From: Carcharhinus amblyrhynchos
Taxonomy: Eukaryota
NCBI GenBank assembly: GCA_965287045.1
Contig: OZ336879.1
Location: forward strand, 36,270,001 to 36,334,000
Length of the DNA: 64,000 nt
Reading direction: 5' to 3'
The position numbers were made by a program, and so were the translations under genes. Below, in pieces: positions 34,655 to 46,498 of the stretch; the stretch's first letter is position 1; each line of letters opens with the position of its first letter. The notes under the pieces were generated by a model, which was not told where the DNA came from, searched no databases, and saw only the letters and a list, made by a program, of their open reading frames with translations.

Positions 34655-37150
34655 CATAAGACATAGGAATAGAATTAGGCCACTCAGCTCATTGAATGGC
34701 GGAGCAGACTCAATCGTGGCTGATACTTTTCTCATTCCCATTCTCCTGCCTTTTCCGCATCATAGCTGATCCCCTTATTAATCAAGAACCTAACTATCTC
34801 TGTCTTAAAAATACTCAATGACTTGGCCTCCACAGCCTTCTCCTGCAAAGAGTTCCACAGATTCACCACTCTCTGCTTGAAGAAATTCCTCCTCATTCCT
34901 CTTCTAAAGGATGGTCCCTTTAGCCTGAGGTTGTGCGCTCTGGTGTGAGGTGGTCCACTTTGGTAGGAATAATGGTAGGAAGGACTATTACTTACGGGGC
35001 GAAAAACTGCAGCAGGCGACGGTGCAGAGGGACCTCGGGGTCCTTGTGCATGAGTCGCAAAAACCCAGCTTGCAGGTGCAGCAGGTGGTCAAGGAAGGCG
35101 AATGGGATGCTGGCCTTCATAGCGAGGGGGATTGAATATAAAAGTAGGGAGGTCTTGCTGCAGCTGTATAGGGCATTGGTGAGGCCGCAGCTGGAGTACT
35201 GTGTGCAGTTTTGGGCACCGCACCTGCGCAAAGATATTTTGGCCTTGGAGGGAGTGCAGAGGAGGTTTACTAGGCTGATACCGGAGTTGAGGGGGTTGAG
35301 CTATGAGGAGAGGCTGAATAAACTAGGCTTGTACTCGTTAGAGTTTAGAAGAATGAGGGGAGATCTCATTGAGACGTATAAGATGATGAATGGGATGGAT
35401 AGGATAGAGGTGGAGAGACTCTTCCCGCTCAAAAAAGACAGTAGGACTAGGGGGCACAGCCTCAAGATAAAGGGGGGGGCGGTTTAGAACGGAGTTGAGG
35501 AGGAACTTCTTCACTCAAAGGGTGGTGAATCTCTGGAATTCTCTGCCCGTTGAAGTGGTGGAGGCTGCCTCGCTAAATATTTTTAAGACGCGGGTTGATG
35601 GGTTTTTGATAAGAGAGGGGATTAAGGGTTATGGGGAGAAAGTGGAACTGAGCCACGACAGATCAGCCATGATCTTATTGAATGGCGGGGCAGGCTCGAA
35701 GGGCTAGATGGCCTACTCCTGCTCCTATTTCTTATGTTCTTATGTCCACTCTATTCAGGCCTTGCAGTATCCCATAAATTTCAATATGATCCCCCCCTCA
35801 TTATTCTAAACTCCAACGAGTACAGACCTAGTGTCCTCAAATATTTCGCATATGATGTCTCTTCATTCCAGGGATCATTCTTATGAACCTCCCCTGGACC
35901 CTTTCCAAGCCCAACACACCCTTCCTTAGATATGGGGCCCAAACCTGCTCACAATACTCCAAATGGGGACTGACCCGAGCCCTATGCAGTCTCAGAAGTA
36001 CATCCCTGCTCTTATATTCTAGCCCTCTTGAGATGATGCTAACATTGCATTTGCCTTCCTAACTGATGACTGAACCTGCATCATAACCTTAAGAGAAGCT
36101 TGAACAAGGACTCCCAAGTCCTCGTTTCCAATTTCCCATTTAGAAAATAATCTATGCCTCCTTTCCATCTTCCAAAGTGCCCAACCACATACTTTTCCAC
36201 ATTGTATTCCCATCTGCTGCTTCTTGCCCACCGTTCTAACCTGTCCAAGTCCTTTTGCAGCTCCCCTGCTTCCCCAATACTACCCCAACGATATCCCGAA
36301 TCCAAGCACCAGGCAGGCAACACAGCCTTCAGGATTCTTGATATTGGTCACAGTGAACAGTGTCAATGCCCCTAATTATGCCATCCTCAATTATGACTGT
36401 CTGTTTCTTTTTTCTCCCCCCACTTGAATGACACTGTGGTCAGTTTGCTCATCCTCTCAGCAGTACCTGTTCCTGTCCACACAGGGAGCAAGAATCTTGA
36501 AGCTGCTGGACAAGTTCAGGGAATGAGTCTCCTGTAATACTACCTCCTGGATCCCTCTACCTGCCTCAGTTGCAGCCACACCCTCCTGTCCCTGACCACT
36601 GGCCAAATCCAAGGTATTTAATCTCAGGGGTGTGACTGCATCCTGGAACACAGTGTCCAGGTATCTCTCCCCCTCCATGATGTGTTGTAGCATCCGAAGC
36701 TCAGAATCCAGCTCATCCACTCTGAGCCAGACTTCCTCAAGCAACCAACACTTAATACAGACATGCTCACTGGGAGCCACAATGGGGTCCACCAGCTCCC
36801 ACATCGTGCATGAACATCACATCACCTGACCCTCCATCTTGATTTTATTTAATTTGGGTTTTAATTTTTTTTATTATATATCTCCTTCTAACCTCAGTCT
36901 CAATGCAATTTCTAGCTAATAATTTAAATGGATTTTTGAATTTAGCACAGCTCTCTGTTAGCCAATCAAGTCACAGCCCTCCCGTGATGTCATTTTGGTC
37001 TGAACTCACTGAAGGTTTCAGAGAATTGAGAGTAGTACTTACCGACCAATCAGCACTCTCCCTTGCGGCCTCTGCTGCCTGTTTCACCCAACCCTCTGTT
37101 CCACCCAAAAGCACTCCTCACAGCCAGGTAGCACTTGCCATGGAGACAGA
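34655..37150 (-). mobile_element. Old CR1 sequence (3' UTR, RT end, ORF1, 5' UTR), split by a younger CR1
   Basis: ORF1 36457-36804 (MWELVDPIVAPSEHVCIKCWLLEEVWLRVDELDSEL); RT-end remnants at 35745-36270; 3' UTR at 34655-34942. Confidence 0.85.
34943..35744 (+). mobile_element. Young, CpG-rich 5'-truncated CR1
   Basis: Near-intact ORF2 C-terminus (KANGMLAFIARGIEYKSREVLLQLYRALVRPQLEYCVQFWAPHLRKD) with only small frameshifts; tail TTCTTATGTTCTTATG. Confidence 0.95.
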
Positions 37151-37649
37151 GCAGCACTTACTGGCTTTTGTTTTTATAGATTTCTATCTAAAATGCCCTG
37201 GAACTGGTTTGAACTCAATGATTGGGCAGACACCGTTCAGCTGAGAACTTATACAGCTGACTCCTGTTTCAGGAATGCACTAACCAAAATGCAGCTTACC
37301 TGCTGTTATCGATCACTTTACCCGGAAGAAAGAGAGACATGTGTCAGTAAATCGCCTTCAATATTTTTGTGTGATGTGCTGTTCATGGTTGAATAGCTGC
37401 CAACGTGTGAACTGCCAGTGAAAGACTTGCAACAACGCACAGCGTGTGACGATGAGGTAAAATATATGTATTCCCTACATTATAAGTCAGAAAGTAAGAT
37501 GCTTTGAGACATGGTGTGGATATGAAAAGCACTAAGTGCAGGCCTTATTTTGAAATGAAGGGATGGGAATTGATTGCTAAGAGGTGAGTGACGAGGGTGG
37601 AAGGAATAGATGAGTGCACAAGGTTTAGAATGTGTCATTTGAAAATTGA

Positions 37650-37960
37650 ACTCATGCACCTTGACAACTCATGTCAGACTGGTAAATTTCTTAGCGCACA
37701 GCATCCATAATCATGGAGAGATATTCCTGGCATTGATCTGTACCTCCACTTCTTCCCACTGCCCCTTAAGCATCTCCCTGAAAAGCCTTTCCCACAACCA
37801 CCAGCCTCCCTGGCCCTCCCCCACCCATCACTCCACTCCCTCCACCACTGCAGATAGAGGATATGTCTCGTTCACTTCATGCATTGCACCAAGATCTCGA
37901 GTGCAGTGTCAAATAACCTTGGTCCATGCATTCTCACATGTTCACCCATTACTCAAAGTA
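37650..37960 (-). pseudogene. Harbinger Myb/SANT-like DNA-binding gene remnant
   Basis: Minus strand PRLFDTALEILVQ ... WEEVEVQINARNISP*LWMLCAKKFTSLT*VVK. Confidence 0.7.
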
Positions 37961-38429
37961 TCAAAACATAGATGAACTTTGCCTGCCACCACTTCCTGCA
38001 GCCAGCATGAGCCTGACTTCTAAAAGGTGAAGATGACCTTTAAATATCACTATCCATTTGCAATACTGAGAAACCTCCTGTAGATGCATGCAGACAACGA
38101 ACAGTGGGGGTTGCTTTGGATACAAGCTATAATCATGTAACAGAATTGGCAGTGTGAATTTAACTTGCTGCCTGCTTCACATGGCGTATGCATTGGTTAA
38201 TCACACACTAGGATACCAACATCTAGCTTTAGGAATCATCAAATTCCAAGTCCCTTCATTTTCAGGCACAAAGTTTTTCTTGCAGCATCAATCAGGGTAC
38301 TGACTGATAAATGGCAAGTGTTGAAAGGTCAATATATCATGAAATTCTAAATCACTTTGATGCCTAGTGCTCTTGAAACACATTCTATGATTTATCAGAA
38401 GCATGGATAATTTATTAATTCTTTCCTAT

Positions 38430-39205
38430 TTTGTATGATAAACCACTCAATATTTACAGTACTCTAGGGTAAAGAAATCCAAAGTTTCACAACTCTCTGG
38501 GTGAAGAATTATTTTCCCATCTCAATCCTAAATGTCTGACCTGTTCATCATAGAATCCCTGCAGTGGAGAAAGAGACCATTCAGCCCATAGATCCTGTAC
38601 TAAAAACAATCCCACCCAGGTCCCATCCCCTTAACCCCATGTATTTACCTGGCTAATCTCCCTGGCAATAAGGGGCAATTGAGCATGGCCAATCAACCTA
38701 ACCCGTACATCTTTAGACTATGGCAGGAAGCCAGAGGACACCTAGGCAGACACGGGAGAATGTGCAAACTCCACACAGTTAGCCGAGGCTAGAATTGAAC
38801 CACGGTCCCTGGCAATGTGAAGCAGCAGTGCTAACTGTTGTGCCACCGTAGTGCCCTAAACCCAAGATAATACAGTTCTAGACTCCCCAGCAAGGTAAAC
38901 AACCATGATCTCTAAGATCCTATACTTATCAATAATATAATTCTGCTAAACTTCAAAGGATATAGAACCATTCTACTCAATTTCTCCTCATAGAGGCCCA
39001 AGAAGCCCAGGAGTCAATCTAGTGAACCTTTGTTACACCCCCACCTAAGACAAATAAATCCTCCCTTGGCAAAGGGACCAAAACTGTACACAATATTCCA
39101 GGTGTGATCTGAACAAATCTCTAAATATTTGAAGGAAGAGTTCCTTACTCTGATCTGGTAACCCCCATGCAATAAAGGTCAACAGCTGATAGATTACTAG
39201 CAGCC
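38430..39205 (-). mobile_element. CR1 3' fragment split by an HE1 SINE
   Basis: ORF 39045-39332 ends SKELFLQIFRDLFRSHLEYCVQFWS. Confidence 0.8.
38547..38856 (-). mobile_element. HE1-type SINE
   Basis: Full head, central domain and tail. Confidence 0.92.
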
Positions 39206-40069
39206 CACTCTTAATTAATTTGACAGGCCATTGGGAGTGTGAGCTACCTTGGATGTCGACTGGTAACTTGCTTGCCAGGTGGAGGATGAGTTCTCTTTGA
39301 AATGAATCAGATGGAAGGCTCAGAATCCACAATGATTAGTTCTCTGATCATCTACGGCATTAATGAAATTGTTTCTTATGTATGAAGAAAATTATGCAAC
39401 ATTCATTCTGATGAGTGATAAACTGATCGGTTTGATAGATTTACATCAGGCATATCAACATCTCCAATATTAAAAGAAAAGCAAACTCCAAATTAAAAAA
39501 AAAACTTTGAAGGAGCCTTTTTCATTAAACAGAGCAAGGCAGCTTGCATTTTTATGCAGGATAAGAAGCAAGAATCTGACAAATTCCAGTGGTACAATTT
39601 TGTACAAATACTTTGGCAACATAACCAAAAAATTAAACTTTTAAGAATTCATACACAAAATGTTTGAAATCCAAAATAAAAATATAACCTGCTGGAACTA
39701 CATATCAGGAATGTGGGCATTGGAAAGCAAAACTTTATTTGCTACTGTGCACCTTTATTATTATCCCACAATACTTCAGCCTCTCATTTGCTGTTCGAAA
39801 TCATTAGTTATGTCGGTGCTCCTGGGGACTTAAAATTGACAATGAGCACAAAGCTGAAGGAAACTTTGTTCTGTGTTGTAAAAGCATAAGCCTGGGTTTA
39901 TAAGCAGGCCTGCAATTTTGCCGCAAGCATCATTTTACAAGAAATCAAACAAAGCCTCAAAATATGCTTCTCACATCTTTTTTTTATTATCCAACAATTC
40001 AAGCACATTTCAAATGACAGCTAATCGTGTGTAAGTTGATTACATATTTGGCACTGTTCTAAACACTCC

Positions 40070-41106
40070 AGGGGCAATCTTACCATGATGCCCTGCCAGC
40101 TGATGGGCGGGGCGAGCTGGTAAATCATGTGAGAGCCGAGAAATCAGGCTTGCGCCCAATCTTCCACCTCAAGATCTTACCGGCACCAGATATCCAGCAA
40201 GGTCAGCCTCACACCCATTTCTGGCAAAAGGCAGAATAATGTATTTAAATTAAATTTAAATCTGTTTAGCATTGAATTAATGAACCTGGGACATTATTGT
40301 CCAGGCTCATTTGCCTCTGTGGCCTCGCCAGAAGAGGTTGTCTCTGCAGAGAATCATGATGGCCTCACAGGTAGAATGTCTGGGGAGGTTGGGGACAAGG
40401 CAGGTATCCCTTGGTAGTGGCAGTGTCCTAGCACTGCCACCAGGCACCCTGGCATTGCCCAACAGGTACCAGGCAGTGCCAAGGGTGTGGGGCCTGACTG
40501 GGGGCAGCCAAACGGTGGTGGGGTGGCACTGCTGCACATTCTGCAGTAGAGCTCGGTGGGGTGAGGGAGGGGTGCAACCGGGGCTGGCTATGGGGTGGAG
40601 TGGGGAGGGTGCAGGATGATCATTGGTGGGAAGGGGAATTCAGGGCTGGAGTGAGGGGGAGGCTGGGGGATCCCACTGCCACTCTGCATTGCAATTGGCG
40701 GGAAGAGGAGGAGGGAATCAATCCGAGCAGGTGGGGTGAATCACAGGGCAACATCAGTCCAGTCGGATGGGGAAGGGATGGTCATGATGGACGTGGGCCT
40801 CCATGGTAATTGGACGAGTCCCTGATTGAGGCCACAGAGGCTGGCTGAGAGCAGCAGAGGCTGAGTGACAGGCCACTCTGCTCTCAGAGTAAAGGCACCT
40901 GTGCATGCACAATCCCTCCCTCTGCTGCTCTCAGCCAGAGAGCAATTTAAGCCCTGCCCCTCCCCTGCAGGCAGGAAATGGTTTTTGCTGTTTTTGTTTT
41001 TCATTCTAAGTGCATAAAATTGTAGATTTGGATCTACCCAAAATACAGATCAAAAACTCTTCTGTTTTTATGCTCATTCTGGATTTAGATTATTTTTAAT
41101 AAGATC
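40070..41106. mobile_element. Non-autonomous GC-rich DNA transposon (Harbinger-like)
   Basis: Begins GGGGCAATCTTACC and ends AATAAGATC; its 5' part resembles 17975-18130. Confidence 0.6.
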
Positions 41107-41519
41107 TTTGTATATGTTTGTCCACCTTGCCCAAGATATATTTTGTCTGAACCAGATATACACTGAATTAACAGAAAATGGATTTCTTTGTTTTTTTTAT
41201 TGGTGCTCTAGAGGATTGCAGTTGCATGCTTTACATTAATCAACTCAGCTTTATTTAAAGCATTTAAATTTCAAAAGCAAAAGGCCAGTGGTGCCTTTCC
41301 AGATTCAAAGATTCTGATTATGGACTCTATTGCCTTGGTGCCCTGTCCACCACCCCTGAATTTACTGGTGATAGGGAAGTTTTGTGTAGATATACAGCCA
41401 AGGCCTAGCCCCAGTGCACACTGGGCTCCTGACTGACTCAGTGTGTGAGATTGCATGGCTGGCATTGTCCTAATGCTGCCCTTTGAAAGATTAATTCCGG
41501 GTCTTGAACATATCCTCTG

Positions 41520-41685
41520 GTGTCCTACTCAGTTATCTGCTTGGAGTCCACTTGCCAACCAATCAGTATTTTTTGTTCATTCAGTATAAACTTGTTGTTT
41601 TCCTTTACATTAGTATTCTTGCAAATGTTCTGATGAGTGCAAGCTGAAAAACTTCGACAAAATGTCTCTTTTTTTCAGCAACATT
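41520..41685 (+). mobile_element. PLE family C pLTR remnant with hammerhead-like core
   Basis: CCAATCAG, TATAAA, then CTGATGAGTGCAAGCTGAAAACTTCGAC (41630-41657). Confidence 0.55.
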
Positions 41686-42004
41686 CTCTACATATTTTTA
41701 CAGACCAAATGAGTCACAATGATATCTCGATAATTCATCCAAAACATAATAATAATTTGCTGAAATTTTTGCTCATTAGCATTTTAGAGTGCATGGAATG
41801 CACATGAAAGGATATAATTGCTTTAAACTGCTCTGAGGACAATGATCTCCTCATTGCAAGTACTCCATTGTAGAGATCGATGTGCAATTGTCAACAATGT
41901 TATTTACTCTGACATTTGCACATTTGTGGAGCTTGTCGGTGTAAGTTTCTGGAAGGTATATGTGCTGAAAATTAATTCAACCCAACGCCCCACCAATGAG
42001 TCTG

Positions 42005-42260
42005 TGAGTTTACTCAGTGAGGAGCTGAGCCACAGAGGTTAGGAGGACCCAGGTTCAACCTCAGTCTGTGTTAAACTAATTGATCTTATCTGGACCCAAA
42101 GAAAGCTTTCGTCTCAATTCAATGGATTAAAGAAGGGAAAATTGACAACTTTTTTTTTCTGAGTTAAAACATTTGACATCCCTCCCCGCGACTTGAGCAG
42201 ATTCTCTATTCTGGCATTTCAGTGGAGAACTGAAAAAGAGCTTCACTGTGGAACATGTTG
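42005..42260 (+). mobile_element. Old SINE fragments (tRNA-like head and Deu-type body)
   Basis: CCCAGGTTCAACCTCAGTCTGTGT; GACTTGAGCA..CTGGCATTTCAGTG. Confidence 0.45.
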
Positions 42261-42505
42261 GGATAGGCCTCTTCCTCAGTTTCCTTAGGGACTGAAGAGC
42301 CTCTGAGGTGACCAGGATGGGGTCTTAAACTGAAATTCTAATTTAGCTTCCATTTAGTGATATACACCATTGTGCTTGTAACAACATTTTATATTTATAC
42401 AATAGCTTTATCACAATGAAACATCATGAGGCACTTTACAGGAGCATTATAAAACAAGGTATAACATTAAGACATGTAAGGAGATATATGGTCAGATGAA
42501 CAAAC

Positions 42506-42710
42506 AGGCCGGAATGTTCCAGCCATTCCCGCCGGCGGGATTCTCCAGTTCCGCAAGCAACGCACCCTCACCCGTGGTCTCCCACCAGCATAATGTGACA
42601 TTCAATGGGAATTCCCACTGACAGCAGTGGGACCAGGGAATCCTGCCATTGGAGAACAATGCGCCACTTCCCGCCATTGGGAAATGTGGCTGGGAGGCTG
42701 GAGAATCTCT
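42506..42710. mobile_element. Short MITE inserted in an L2 tail
   Basis: GGCCGGAATGTTCCAGCC ... GGCTGGAGAATC inverted ends. Confidence 0.65.
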
Positions 42711-43769
42711 AGTTTTTAAGGAATGCCTTTAGAGAAAGAAAGTGAGGTAGGATCATACACTTGGAATGGTCACACAGTGGCTCATAAGACTATTGATTGT
42801 CACTAAATTGTCTGCTAGCATTCAGCAAGGAGGCAGTGTGAGATTTTGACCTAATGCTCTCTTCTATCCGCAACCAGATGATTGGGTATAAATTGCTTAT
42901 TGCAGAGGAATTTGAGGTTTGATTTTTTTTTATATTTTATTTAATATTGTCACATGTACTGAGATACAGTGAAAAATATTATTTTCTGTGCCAGCCATAT
43001 AAATCATACCATATGTAGCTTGCAAAGAGTCGTCACAATGTGGCCACCTTCTTAAAACATGGCTATGGTCAATCCATAGTGAGATTAGTAACACATCCCC
43101 ATTCTCTCTCCACTTCCTGTGTTGTGGGGGTTGGCAGCAAGTATTTTTAGGGCCTTGTGTTGAGGTCAGGTTTTGTGAATTAAATGAACATGTCCAATGG
43201 GGGAAAGAAATAAAGTTTTAAAATGAGCTACAAAATAAGATAGCAACTTGCATAATGGATTGCTGCCCTTTATTAACATATCAATAGAAAGAAAGAGATT
43301 GCAAATATGTCAAAGATTTCTCTATCCCGGGCTGTATCTGTCATGGGAGTGTTTGATGGGGACATTGTGGAGGATACTTCACTCTGTGTACCTAACCCCA
43401 TGCTGTACTGCAACCCACAGTAATATCATTAACATGTCCCCATTCTCTCTTCATTCCCTGGGACAGGCTGCAAGTATGAGAATTTCTAAAATATTTTGAA
43501 AGACTTTCTATGGCACTTAACCCACATTTTTATCAACATTATTCTAAAAGTCCTACGAGAACTTCTGGAACAAAACTACAATTTACATATATAGTACCTT
43601 GAATAGAATAAACATACCAAGGTGCTACGTGAAGCATTACAAAAGAAAATATGATGTCTAGCCACATAAGGAGCAATGTTAGGTCAGATGACCAAAAGTG
43701 TTCTCAAAGGCAAGGGCCAAGGGTTTTCTTGTCCTGCCCACCACAGGACTGGGAATTCCTGCCCAAAGT

Positions 43770-44064
43770 CACAGAATCCCTACAGTGCAGAAGGAGGCCA
43801 TTCAGCCCATTGAGTCTGCACTGACCCTATTCACGTAACCTCACGTATTTACCCTACTAATCCCTCTGATACTCAGGTCAATATAGCATGGCCAATCAAT
43901 CTAATTCATGCATCTTTGGATTGTTGGAGGAAACCAGAGCACCTGGAGGAAACCCACGCAGACATGGGGAGGATGTGCAACTCCACACAGACAGTGACCC
44001 AAGGCCGGAAATGAACCCATGTCCTTGACACTGTACGACAGCGGTGCTAACCGCTGTGCCATCC
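43770..44064 (-). mobile_element. HE1-type SINE
   Basis: Full head, central domain and tail. Confidence 0.92.
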
Positions 44065-44264
44065 GTCAATGGATTTCTATCTGGTTAGTCTAATTTTCTG
44101 ATCAGAAAATCCCAGTCATAGATTTTAAGGTGTGTTGGAAAGGAGGGAGGTGAAGTAGAGAGGTGATGAGGCGCAGGAACAGAATGTCTACACTTTGAAC
44201 ACAGATAGTTGAATTATAAGAATTGGGGATGCACAAAAGGCCATAATTAGATGAGTGCAGATAG

Positions 44265-46005
44265 TTTGATTTGATTGTCATATGTATTAGTACATAGTGA
44301 AAAGTATTGTTTTTTGCACGCTACACAGACAAAGCATACCGTTCATAGAAAAGAAAACAGATTGCAGAACGTAGAGTTACAGTCACAGCTAGGGTGTAGA
44401 GACAGATAAACTTAATGCAAGGTAGACATTCAAAAGTCTGATGGCAGCAGGGAAGAAGCTGTTCTTGACTCATTGGTACATGACCTCAGATTTTGTATCT
44501 TTTTCCCAATGAAAAAAGGTGGAAGAAAAAACGTCCAGGGTGCGTGGGGTCCTTAATTATGCTGGCTGCTTTTCTGAGGCAGCGGGAAGTATAGACAGAA
44601 TCAATGGATGGGAGATTGGTTTGCATGATGGATTTGGCTACATTCATGACATTTTGTAGTTTCTTGTGGTCTTGGGCAGAGCAGGTGCCATACCAAGCTG
44701 TGATACAACCAGAAAAGATGCTTTGTATGGTGCATTTGTAGAAGTTGGTGAGAGTCGTAGCTGACATGCCAAATTTTCTTCGTCTTCTGAGAAATTAGAG
44801 GTGCTGTGGGCTTTCTTGACTATAACATTGGCATGGGGCCCAGGCAAATTGTTGGTGATCTTGACACCTAAAAACCTGAAGCTTTCGACCATTTCTACTT
44901 TATCACTTATGTAGACTGGGACATGTTCTCCACTAAGCTTCCTGAAATTGACGACAGTCTGGTCTGTTTTGTTGACATTGAGGCAGAGACCACACACCCC
45001 AGACGTTTTCTCTTCCATCTTCTTTTGGCGGGAAAAAGATACAAAATCTGAGGCCATGTACCAACCGAATCAAGAACAATGTCTTACCTGCTGCCAATAG
45101 ACTTTTGAATGGACTACCTCACATTAAGTTTTCCTTTCTCTACACCCTAGCTATGACTGTAACTCTACACTCTGAACTCTTGTTTCCTTTTCTATGAATG
45201 GTATGCTTTGTCTGTGTAGTGTGCAAGAAGCAATACTTTTCACTGTGTACTAATACATGTGACAATCAAATCAAACTATCTGTTACCGGATTCTCTCTCT
45301 TATTCCTGTACTCTGTTTCGACATTGTTTGAGATCCGACCCACTACGGTAGTGTCATCAGCAAATTTGAAAATTGAGTTGGAGGGGAATTTGGGCACACA
45401 GTCATAAATGTATAATGAGTATAATAGGGGGCTGAGAACTTAGCCTTGTGGGGCACTGGTGTTGAGGACGATTGTGGACGGGGTGTTGTTGCCTATCCTT
45501 ACTGATTGTGGTCTGTGGCTTAGGAAGTTCAGGATCGTGTCACAGAGGGAGGAGGAGCCCAGGCTCAGGCTATGGAGTTTGGAGATGAGTTTCATAGGAA
45601 TAATGATGTTGAAGGCTGAGCTGTAATGAATATATAGGAGTCTTTGTTATCTAGGTATTCCAGGGTTGAGTGCAGGGTCAGGGAGATGTTATCTGCTGTG
45701 GACCTGTTGCTCAGTAATGGATCCAGGCAATTCGGAGGCTGGTATTGATTCGTGCCGTGACTAATCTTTTGAAGCACTTCATAATGATGGATGTCAGAAC
45801 CACTGGATGGTAGTCATTAAGGCACGCTGCTTGGCTTTTCTTTGATACTGGGATGATGGTCATCTTCCTGAAGCAGATTCAGAACTCAGATTTTTGTAAA
45901 GAGAGGTTGAAGATGCTTGCAAATACCCCCATCAGCTGATCCATGTAGGATCTGAGTACTCATCCAGGTACCCTTCCAGGCCAGTCACTTACTGTGGGTT
46001 GACCT
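44265..46005 (-). mobile_element. Rex1/Babar LINE 3' portion with an internal inverted duplication
   Basis: ORFs 44486-44767, 44644-45057, 45592-45777 ([27 protein letters not shown]); KFADDTTVVGRI on the minus strand near 45340-45370. Confidence 0.92.
44988..45282 (+). repeat. Inverted duplicate of 44258-44551
   Basis: Matches the reverse complement of the Rex1 3' end plus 7 bp of flanking DNA (CTATCTG). Confidence 0.85.
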
Positions 46006-46498
46006 TCAAAAAGGATGCTCTGATATCTGCAATGGTAACCTCAGATATAGGTTCATCTGAGGCTTCCAGGATGGACGACATGCTTTGGTGGGGTTGGAGG
46101 AGATTACAGCAATAGGGAGATATGAGGGACTGGAAACATCTAAGAATGTTAAATTCAAGATGTCACTTGACTGAAAATCTTTCAATTCTTTAGATCTCTT
46201 CACCTCTAGGTTTCTTGTCCATTTAAGAAAAAAATAATTCATTTTTCCACAGAATGCTTCCACACACAGCCAGGATAGAGCCAGGATTTGAGGTCAGATG
46301 AGTTATTACAATGAAAAGATTGGCAGGAGACACTCCCTGGGGTGGAAAGTCCAAAGATCAATCATTGTGCCCCTTTGTGGTAGAATTGCCTGTTTAAACA
46401 AAAGCAGATATGCATCAATTTCCAATCAACAACAATTTGAATTCATTTTTGTAAGTATTTAAAGCATATGATCTGAGTTTGGTATTTGGAAAGCCAAA

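Noticed and set aside
40300-40980. GC-rich block as a CpG-island promoter
   Set aside because: G-rich but CpG-poor and bounded by transposon-like termini.
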